In this document: positions 19,501 through 26,705 of the stretch, piece by piece
Layout of the letters: each line of letters opens with the position of its first letter
Numbering within the stretch: position 1 is the first letter of the stretch
Origin: an uncultured Desulfobulbus sp.
GTDB taxonomy: Bacteria; Desulfobacterota; Desulfobulbia; Desulfobulbales; Desulfobulbaceae
DNA: 64,000 nucleotides
Direction of reading: 5' to 3'
Assembly: GCA_963665445.1 (NCBI GenBank)
Contig: OY762276.1
Coordinates: 3,278,601 to 3,342,600 of the forward strand
The notes under the pieces: model-generated
Databases searched by the model: none
Told to the model about the DNA's origin: nothing
Seen by the model: only the letters and a program-made list of their open reading frames with translations
Program-made: the position numbers and the translations under genes

Positions 19501-19741
19501 CATTGCCATGGGGGCCGGTGCCAATGCGCGCCACTCCATCGGCACCGGCATCATCGGCGGCATGATCGGCGAAACCACCCTGGCCATGTTGTACGTACCG
19601 CTGTTGTTTTATCTCTTCGACCGTTTCAGCGAAGGCAAACAGACAAAACAGCGTAAACAGGCATCGCTGCCCGCCACTGCCCCGTCCACCAGCGGCGATG
19701 TCGCGGCAACTGATCCGGAGACGGCTTCGGAGGAACAGTGA
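16526..19741 (+). CDS. RND efflux permease, HAE1 (AcrB/MexF-like)
   Basis: FFIKRPIFATV, GMVVDDAIVVVENVERNM, GLGAKNAIL, RLRPIIMTSLAF; 1071 aa. Confidence 0.96.
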   Translation: MFSRFFIKRPIFATVVAIIICLAGLVSMNALPVEQYPTITPVQVTVSATYPGADSQTLADSVAAPIEAQINGVDNMLYMTSASSANGQLTLTVYFSLDTDPDIAQVQVQNRVNLATPQLPEAVSQLGVSVQKKASSIMMLIGIFAREERYSSNYIANYANVYVLDAIKRVPGAGQAQIMGAPDQAMRIWMNPDRMASLGITTSDIQQAVASQNALLGAGQIGQKPTSGPVEMTFPVVTQQPFTDPSQYGEIILRANQDGGGIVRLKDVARTEVGLRQYIIDAKLNGTPATFIAIYQQPGANGLEVSKAVRQALEQMRPRFPHGMDYVISLDTTDFVRLSIDEVVHTLFEAILLVVLVVYLFLQSFRTTIICAVAIVVPLISTFSGMLALGFSINLLTLFGLVLAIGMVVDDAIVVVENVERNMAQFHLPPKEATIRAMGEISGSLVAVVLVMASVFIPAAFLPGTTGQLYKQFAITIVVSVAVSGFVALTLTPAMCGLLLRHCQPPTRGFFAWFNRGVDALTQGFGQAVTLVIRRMGLAFLVLAVLIYAIVHLFEVLPTSFVPNEDQGYVMAAIVMPDSSSLDRTEDVADRVEGIFKTLPGVDTRTQLTGYSLIDSGFKTNAGTFFVTLKPFDQRYGSIKQARAENARAVLMGLHKEAASIQEGVVIPVAPPAIPGIGTTGGFEFWIQDTGAGQPARLDGLTRAFLAKAHARPELTGLNSTFRATTQQLRAEVDREKTSLLGVPITDVYSAIQAQFGSLTVSQFNQFSRVWWVILQSEPKYRQDPGDLTRLYVRSNQGDMVPLSALVATHWVSGPDLLPHFNGFPAAKVSGSAAAGYSSGQAIAAMEEVAREVLPAGYTFAWSGLAFEEKQSGGTSMLAFVFGLIIVFLVLAAQYESWTLPGTVMMAVPFGVLGALTANWLRGLENDVYFQIGLLVLIGLGAKNAILRVSFAVELRRQGKTIMEATIEAGEQRLRPIIMTSLAFAFGVLPLAIAMGAGANARHSIGTGIIGGMIGETTLAMLYVPLLFYLFDRFSEGKQTKQRKQASLPATAPSTSGDVAATDPETASEEQ

Positions 19742-19742
19742 T

Positions 19743-21197
19743 ATGCGCGCACTCATGGTATTGGCAGCGGCGGTGTTGTTCACGGGCTGTACGGTCGGGC
19801 AGGATTATGTCAGGCCGGTGATCGATGTGCCGGCCGCGTTCAACAACGCAGCGCAGAGCGCCCGGCAGACGGTAAACCTGACCTGGTGGCAGCAGTTTCA
19901 CGATCCCATGCTCGACGCGTTGATCGTCGAAGCGCTCAACAACAACCGCGATCTCAAGGTTGCCATCGCCAATATCGAGCAGGCGGCGGCGCTGCTCACC
20001 GAGTCCCGCTCTTCCCTGTACCCGCAGATAGGATACGGCGGCACCGGCACCCGCGAGCGGGCCAGCGAAACAGACGCCGCACGCTTGTATTCGGTTGTGA
20101 AAAATCCCCGTTCCTCCTACCAGTCCCTGGTCAGCGCCAGTTGGGAAATAGACCTGTGGGGACGCATCCGTCGACTGTCGGAGGCGGCGCAGGCGCAACT
20201 CCTGGCCACCGAGGCGGCGCAGCAAGGGGTGCGCCTCACCCTGGTGGCCTCGGTAGCAAGCGGCTATATCCAGCTGCTCGGCTTGGATGAACAACTGCAT
20301 GTCGCCGAGCGCACCCAGGCCGCCTATGGTGCCTCGCTCGATATTTTCAACAAGCGCTACAAATACGGCCAGGTTTCGCAGATGAATGTGGTCCAGGCAC
20401 GCTCCCAGTATGAAACCGCATCCGCGTCCATCCCGCCGTTGCGCCTGCAGATCGAACAGACCGAACATGCGTTGTCGGTCCTGTTGGGCCGCAATCCGGG
20501 GTCGATCAGGCGGGGCGGCACGATCAATGCGCTGGCAATGCCGGCTCTCCCCGCAGACCTGCCTTCCGACCTGCTCGTCAACCGGCCCGATATCCGCCAG
20601 GCCGAAGAACTGCTGATCGCCGCCAATGCCAATATCGGCGCGGCACGGGCGCTCTACTTCCCCACCATCACCCTGACCGGTGCATCTGGCTATGCAAGCG
20701 GCGATCTCTCGAAGCTCTTCAGGGGATCGTCCCGAACCTGGAGTTTTGCCGGGTCCATTACCGGGCCTCTCTTCAATGGAGGCGCCATCGCCAGCGGGGT
20801 CAAACAGGCTCAGGCCGCGCAAAAGGCGGCCCTTTTCACCTACGAATCAACGATCATCAACGCCTTTGCCGATGCCGAAAATGCCCTGGCCGCCCAGCGC
20901 CACCTCGCCGAACAGGCCAAGATCCAGGAGAGTCTGGTCCGGGACAACAGCGAGTACGTACGCCTGGCGCACCTGCAATACGATGGCGGATATGTACCCT
21001 ATTCGACCGTCCTCCAGGCCGAACAGCAACTTTTCCCCTCAGAGATCAACTATGCCCAAACGCGCACCAATCTCCTGAGCGCGCTTGTCGATATCTACAA
21101 AGCCATGGGCGGGGGATGGCAGTCGGCGGGGGATGGCCCTGATCGGGAAATCGCCCCGCTGGACACTGCCAAAAACACGAAAACAATCATGCCGTAA
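19743..21197 (+). CDS. RND outer membrane factor lipoprotein (NodT/OprM-like)
   Basis: Lipobox LFTGC, WWQQFHDPML, SWEIDLWGR, LLVNRPDIRQAE, IYKAMGGGW. Confidence 0.93.
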   Translation: MRALMVLAAAVLFTGCTVGQDYVRPVIDVPAAFNNAAQSARQTVNLTWWQQFHDPMLDALIVEALNNNRDLKVAIANIEQAAALLTESRSSLYPQIGYGGTGTRERASETDAARLYSVVKNPRSSYQSLVSASWEIDLWGRIRRLSEAAQAQLLATEAAQQGVRLTLVASVASGYIQLLGLDEQLHVAERTQAAYGASLDIFNKRYKYGQVSQMNVVQARSQYETASASIPPLRLQIEQTEHALSVLLGRNPGSIRRGGTINALAMPALPADLPSDLLVNRPDIRQAEELLIAANANIGAARALYFPTITLTGASGYASGDLSKLFRGSSRTWSFAGSITGPLFNGGAIASGVKQAQAAQKAALFTYESTIINAFADAENALAAQRHLAEQAKIQESLVRDNSEYVRLAHLQYDGGYVPYSTVLQAEQQLFPSEINYAQTRTNLLSALVDIYKAMGGGWQSAGDGPDREIAPLDTAKNTKTIMP

Positions 21198-21248
21198 CCA
21201 AAGGACGGCTACGGACAATCAAAAAATCCTAACGAGGTAGAGGCAGGA

Positions 21249-21872
21249 ATGACTGTAAAGAATGTGTTTTCAGCTGTTGTGGCCATGGGACTGGTGGCGA
21301 TGGGATTATTGGCTTGCACTAAGAGTCAGCCACCCTCTTTTGCACGGCAGGAGCCGGATACGGAGAAAGCCGTTTCCTCAGCAGGTCTCGATGTGCAGCG
21401 TTTCGAGGTCAAGAACACCATCGCCACGGTCGAGGCTGTTGACCTGAAAGCAAGGAAGCTGACCCTGCGCAATGTTGAAGGCCGAGTTTTTGTGATTCAT
21501 CTGGGCGAGGAAGCCGTCAATCTTCCCCAGGTGAGGAAGGGGGATGTGGTTGAGCTTACCTTTGGTCATGAGTTGGAAGTTCGGATGGCTGAACCCGGTG
21601 AATTCCGCAACGAGCAGTCAGTCTTCGTCGGCGGCGCCCAACCTGGGGCCAGACCTCGCGGTGTCGGTATAACCCAAACCAATATAACCGCCAGAATTCT
21701 TGCCCTGGATCGAACCAATCAGTTGGTCAAACTCGAGTTTGCCGATGGCCCGATTGCGGTGGTGAAGGTGCAAAATCCGGCCAACCTCGACAAGGTCGCT
21801 GTGGGGGACAACCTGGCCATAAGCTCCATCGAGGTCGTGGAAGTGAAGGTGAAGAAAGGCGGCAAACGATAA
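21249..21872 (+). CDS. Conserved lipoprotein of unknown function (two beta-rich repeats)
   Basis: Lipobox LLAC. Internal duplication ATVEAVDLKARKLTL...LPQVRKGDVV / ARILALDRTNQLVKL...LDKVAVGDNL. Confidence 0.75.
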   Translation: MTVKNVFSAVVAMGLVAMGLLACTKSQPPSFARQEPDTEKAVSSAGLDVQRFEVKNTIATVEAVDLKARKLTLRNVEGRVFVIHLGEEAVNLPQVRKGDVVELTFGHELEVRMAEPGEFRNEQSVFVGGAQPGARPRGVGITQTNITARILALDRTNQLVKLEFADGPIAVVKVQNPANLDKVAVGDNLAISSIEVVEVKVKKGGKR

Positions 21873-21904
21873 TGAAGAATACCATCTTGTTCAGGAGCCA
21901 TGTC

Positions 21905-22588
21905 ATGAAAAAAATACACCTCGTACTGACCGGAATTCTCACCTTTGCCTGCTGCACCCTTGTCGGATGCGCAGCCACCTCGCAGACATCCCCAGGGGCA
22001 CACTCAGGATTTTTGCTCAACTATCCACCGTTTCACCCCGGACCTCCAGAGGGGGTTGATCAGGTCTACACCAAGCCGGGAATGGACCTGAGCAGATATC
22101 ATCGGGTGATGGTGGATGAGGTCCAGTTTTATCTCAAGCAGGGGGCGGCCGCACAAGGCATTCAGGCCAGTGAACTGCGGGAGCTCGCCGATACCTGTCA
22201 TAAGTCGTTGTTCGCGGCCCTGGGCAACGTCTATCCGCTGGTGACGGAACCTGGCCCGGATGTTCTGCGCATCCGCCTGGCGCTCACCGATATCGAGACC
22301 AGCAACCCGACCAGAAACGCCATTTCCACTGTCCTGCCGGTGGGCCTGGCGGTGAGCGTGGTCAGGAAAGCCGCCACCGGCTCCTATACCGGGGTGGGCG
22401 GTGCGAGCATGGAGGTGGAGCTCCTCGATTCCATGACCGGCGAACGCCTTGCCGCCGCCATCGACACCTTCAACGGTTCGAAGATGAGCGGATTCAGCAA
22501 GCTTGGGGCCACCGAAGAGGCCTTTGCTTTCTGGGCCAAGCGCCTCAGGGTAACCCTCGACAGGGCGCATGGCACATCGGTGCAATGA
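21905..22588 (+). CDS. DUF3313-family lipoprotein
   Basis: Lipobox LVGC, HSGFLLNY, PGPDVLRIRLALTD, MEVELLDSMTGERLAAAID, FWAKRL. AGGAG RBS. Confidence 0.8.
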   Translation: MKKIHLVLTGILTFACCTLVGCAATSQTSPGAHSGFLLNYPPFHPGPPEGVDQVYTKPGMDLSRYHRVMVDEVQFYLKQGAAAQGIQASELRELADTCHKSLFAALGNVYPLVTEPGPDVLRIRLALTDIETSNPTRNAISTVLPVGLAVSVVRKAATGSYTGVGGASMEVELLDSMTGERLAAAIDTFNGSKMSGFSKLGATEEAFAFWAKRLRVTLDRAHGTSVQ

Positions 22589-22662
22589 AGGTGACGGAAT
22601 ACGGATCCGTATCAATACCCTTGTCTTATACGGAATTTTTTTTCATCCAGAGGAGGTCATCA

Positions 22663-25005
22663 ATGAACACTCGTTGCATCGTTTTCGCACTGATACTATT
22701 GATGCTGCATGGCGTGGCGGGTACGGTGGGTGCCACGACACCGGGGCCCGACGATCCAGGCTGGCCCAGAGTCATCAAGAAAAACGGCGAGGAACTGACC
22801 ATTTATCAGCCACAGGTCGATTCGTGGCAGCAATTTAAACGTCTGCATGCCCGCTTTGCCCTGGCCATCAAGGAGGACAACTCGAAAAAGGAGACCTTTG
22901 GCGTGGCGGAGATCGATGCCGAGACCGTGGTTGATCAGGCGGCTCGCCTCGTCACCATCCTTCCTCAGAACCGAACCCTGCGTTTTCCCAACACCACCGA
23001 GGCCCAGGCGGCTGCATTGCAGCGTACGATTGCGCAATTGCATCCACCGAGACAATCACTGACCGTCTCCCTGGATCGCCTGCTGGCCTACCTGGACCCG
23101 GCAAATCAACAGCTGCAGCCCTCTGTGCAGTTGAACCTCGATCCGCCAAAAATCTTGTACAGCAACAAACCGGCCATCCTGGTCATGATCATGGGGGACC
23201 CGCAACTCAAGGCGGTGCACCAAGACAACAACGATCTGATGTTCGTGGCGAACACCAATTGGGATATTTTCTATGAAACCGCGTCGCAGCGTTATTTCCT
23301 CCTCCTTGAGGATCACTGGCTTGCAGCAACCGATCTGATCAATGGACCATGGTCGGCGGTATCGAGTCTGCCTTCAGGACTCTCTTCGCTACCCAATGAT
23401 GATAATTGGACGGAAGTGCGCAAAAACATCCCGGGGAAACCAATCAGGGAAGTTCCGGTGGTTCGGGTCAGCAAGGGCCCGGCAGAACTCATTTTGACGC
23501 GCGGCGAGCCCACCTATGGTCCCATCCCGGGCACCAGGCTCATGCGAATCACCAATTCCGATGCGGTGCTGTTTCTCCACTCCGGTGAAGGCAGATATTA
23601 CTTCCTGGTTGCCGGTCGCTGGTTCCGTTCCCCCAGCCTTGACGGTCCCTGGTCGATAGCCGGCAATGATCTTCCCAAGGATTTCGCCCGCATTCCCGAG
23701 AGCGATCCCTCCGCCTTTGTCAAGGCCTCCGTTCCCGGAACGGTCGAGGCCAGGGATGCGGTGCTGCTGGCCTCCGTGCCCAGCACCATTGCCGTGGATG
23801 TCAACAAACCGCCCAAGGTGAAAGTGGTCTATAAGGGGTCACCGAAATTTCAGGTCATTCCAACCACCACGGTTCAGTATGCGACCAACAGCTCCAGCGC
23901 CGTGTTTTTGGTCAACCATGCCTACTACTGCTGCGAGGGGGGAATTTGGTTTACTGGCAATGGTCCCACCGGCCCCTGGGTCTACTGCACCAACGTACCT
24001 GCAGCTATTTACACCATTCCGCTGTCCCATCCCGCCTACAACGTCACCTACGTCACCGTCTACGAGAGCACTCCCGCCACGGTGGTCTATGCCCAGACTG
24101 CAGGGTATTACGGCGAGTATGTCAATACCAACGGCGTGTTGATGTTCGGTGCCGGGATGCTGGCTGGTGCCCTGCTGCATGAGGCCTGGGATGAGTATTA
24201 CCATTACCCTGTTCCATACTCCTACGGCTGGGGCGCCATTTATCACTTTGGCTTTGGCGGGTACTATCGTCCGCCCTATATCCATTATTACGGCCCGTAT
24301 CGAGGTGCCGGTTTTGCCACGGTCTACAACCCGTACACCGGAACCTATGCCCGTGGGGGCTATGCCTATGGACCTGGTGGCAGCGCCGCCTGGGGACGGG
24401 CCTATAACCCGGCCACCGGCGTCCGGGGTGGTGCGGTGCGGGTGAACACCCCCTATGGCTCGATGGGCAGATTCAGCCGCTATAATCCCAGCACCGGGAC
24501 TGCCGTCCATGGCGGTTATCGAAGCGGACCCCAGGGGGCTGTGGCCGGCGTGGCAACAAATCATGGCACCGGTGCCGTTGCCTGGGATACCGCCCACGGC
24601 CAGGGTGCGGTGGTCAAAGGGCGTAACGGCAACGTCTATGCCGGAAAGGATGGCAATGTCTACCGCAGGGACAGTAACGGTGACTGGAGTTCCAATAAGG
24701 GGGACGGCGGGTGGCAACCCGTCAACAAACCGGAACCCAAACAGGGACTCCAGGGGCAGACACGTAAATCATCGCCTCCTGCCCAGCCGCAGCACAAGCA
24801 GGTTCCACGAAATCATGCCACCCCACAGCCAGATTACGCCCGTTTTCAGCAACCTGGGCACAAGGATCAGTTTCGGCCAAGCACCCGCGAATTGGACTGG
24901 CAAGCGCAGGCACGTTCGCGTGGGAATTTCATGAATGAGAACAGGCGGAGCTTCGAGAGGCAGATGGAAGGCCCAGCAAGCCGGGAGAAGAGGCGATGGA
25001 GATAA
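22663..25005 (+). CDS. Large secreted protein of the family often labelled carbohydrate-binding V/XII-like, with Gly/Tyr-rich C-terminal repeats
   Basis: Signal peptide, WPRVIKKNG..LTIYQPQVDSW, NTNWDIF, VAGRWFRS..LDGPW, three YNPxTG repeats. GAGGAGG RBS before ATG 22663. Confidence 0.7.
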   Translation: MNTRCIVFALILLMLHGVAGTVGATTPGPDDPGWPRVIKKNGEELTIYQPQVDSWQQFKRLHARFALAIKEDNSKKETFGVAEIDAETVVDQAARLVTILPQNRTLRFPNTTEAQAAALQRTIAQLHPPRQSLTVSLDRLLAYLDPANQQLQPSVQLNLDPPKILYSNKPAILVMIMGDPQLKAVHQDNNDLMFVANTNWDIFYETASQRYFLLLEDHWLAATDLINGPWSAVSSLPSGLSSLPNDDNWTEVRKNIPGKPIREVPVVRVSKGPAELILTRGEPTYGPIPGTRLMRITNSDAVLFLHSGEGRYYFLVAGRWFRSPSLDGPWSIAGNDLPKDFARIPESDPSAFVKASVPGTVEARDAVLLASVPSTIAVDVNKPPKVKVVYKGSPKFQVIPTTTVQYATNSSSAVFLVNHAYYCCEGGIWFTGNGPTGPWVYCTNVPAAIYTIPLSHPAYNVTYVTVYESTPATVVYAQTAGYYGEYVNTNGVLMFGAGMLAGALLHEAWDEYYHYPVPYSYGWGAIYHFGFGGYYRPPYIHYYGPYRGAGFATVYNPYTGTYARGGYAYGPGGSAAWGRAYNPATGVRGGAVRVNTPYGSMGRFSRYNPSTGTAVHGGYRSGPQGAVAGVATNHGTGAVAWDTAHGQGAVVKGRNGNVYAGKDGNVYRRDSNGDWSSNKGDGGWQPVNKPEPKQGLQGQTRKSSPPAQPQHKQVPRNHATPQPDYARFQQPGHKDQFRPSTRELDWQAQARSRGNFMNENRRSFERQMEGPASREKRRWR

Positions 25006-25416
25006 AAAACAAGGGACACAATGGAACAAATTTGGGACACATATTTGGTGTCAACTCCTGTTTTTATTCGCGAATGATTTAAATTTCTGGAAACCTACGA
25101 AGCCCCTGCTTTCGTAGCGAGAACCGGGGCTTTCAGCAGTGACCCCAATTTTTTGGAGACAGAATCGAGGAGCGATTAATGTGGATACTGGAAGTTTCGA
25201 TCTGTTTTTCGTAGGCAAGGATTGAGGATGCTCCTGATACTCTTTTAGGAGAGGGGTTTTGTGAAAATAAACGCCGACCATGAAAATCAGGATCGGAGGT
25301 GCATAGCAGATCCCCACTTCATCCGCCCATTCGCAAATGCCAATTGACAGCAGGCCCCAATTTACAGTTACTCGGTCATTAGGCCTGATTGACCGTTTAT
25401 TATTACATAAAATTTA

Positions 25417-26415
25417 CTGGAGTTTGGAGTTTCATAGTAAAACCATCGTCAGGGTGGCGGGGACGGCGTAGCCGCCCTGCTGTTCTTTGATTACCGTTTC
25501 CACGCCTTTTTCCCCGAAAGATCGGTTTTGCCGGGATTGGCAGGGGCTGAACCTGGCTCGAATTTTCGGCATGTTGGGTTCCACCAGTCCCGAACCAGAA
25601 CATGACTGAAAAATAACTGCAGGCCCAGCCGAACCTGTCCGGCCGTCACTGGAGCCTTTTTCCTCCATGGTGTCAACTGCAGCAGATCGTTCATCTGATG
25701 GCGGCAACAGATGGACAGTAGTTGCGGCAGGGCGTAGGCCGTTGAGAGAATTTGGGGCCAACGGTGCAACATTTGCCGGAATTGTTGCCAGGCCTCACAC
25801 CAGCCCCACCCGTTCTTCATCTGGTTAAAGAAGTCTTCGATGGCCCAACGACGGGAGTGGTTCTTGAACAGCTCGTCGGCACTCTGCTTGCTGAACTTGC
25901 CATCTTCGCCCTCGAACCGCATCCACACCCCAGGGCCATTTTCCATTCTGGAGCCACTTATACTAGTTCTCGTAGAAAGGCCCGAGAACGACGTTTCGAG
26001 CTTCGCAAATTGCTGATTTCACGATGCGTAACATTCAGGCTTTTGACTTTTTACGAAGCCATCATTAGCGCTCCAACTTCTCAGCGGGTTGATCGCCAGC
26101 CATGCACCGGTGACAACACCGGTTTGGGTCAGCATGGCACCGATCAATAACTCGAGAAAAGTTGGAACGGAACGAATCGGTAGAGCCCTGGCAAGAAATG
26201 TGATACATTCAAACTGGGTTCCGGGGATACTGCCATATCCCTTGTTGCCCGTGGCGGCCTCCAGGAGAGTGAAATTGTTCTCTTCTGGAGGCCGCGCTTT
26301 CTTAAAAAACGCGGCTCCCGCCTTTCAGCAGCCATGTCAATGATTTTTTTAATATTTTTTTAGGTGCCCCCAGAAAAACGCCCCCGCATCACGCCGGCCG
26401 ACACTCCAAATACAG
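25417..26415 (-). mobile_element. Internally deleted IS701-like (DDE) element relic interrupted by a repeat copy
   Basis: N-terminal piece ECITFLARALPIRSVPTFLELLIGAMLTQ...RSWSA, repeat insertion, YKWLQNGKWPW, then a jump to the C-terminal RRWAIEDFFNQMKNGWGW...LHRWPQIL. Imperfect terminal repeats CTGGAGTTTGGAGT (25417) / ACTCCAAATACAG (to 26415). Confidence 0.6.
25963..26063. repeat. 101-bp MITE/REP-like repeat, copy 3
   Basis: About 85% identical to copy 1 by hand count. Lies inside the transposase relic. Confidence 0.85.
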
Positions 26416-26532
26416 CTTATCCACATGAATTAACGCAAAATAATAGCTATCTAATTTTCTATACTGCGTGATTTTTGAGGAATCGGTTCCGTACCTCATA
26501 CTCGTTTACGAGGAGGGAGGTTGCCACTGTTT

Positions 26533-26634
26533 GTCGTTTTCGTAAAAAGCCCCGAGAACAACGCTTCGATCTTCACAACATGTTGAACATATGAGATATA
26601 ACTCCTAGAATCCCAACTTTTTAACGAGGTCATC
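26533..26634. repeat. About 102-bp MITE/REP-like repeat, copy 4 (diverged)
   Basis: GTCGTTTTCGTAAAAAG...CGAGAAC...AACTTTTTAACGAGGTCATC. Same ends and length as the other copies. Confidence 0.7.
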
Positions 26635-26705
26635 ACTCTTTGAGATTCCGCTTCGCAACCGGCTGACAAGGCAAGTTCTTCTCACCTCTTTTCAATCCTT
26701 GCCGT

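Noticed and set aside
25011-25140. GGGACACA direct repeat and a GAAGCCCC...GGGGCTTTC hairpin as an island or IS200/605 end
   Set aside because: No associated recombinase, tnpA/tnpB or matching partner end. It may just be a terminator.
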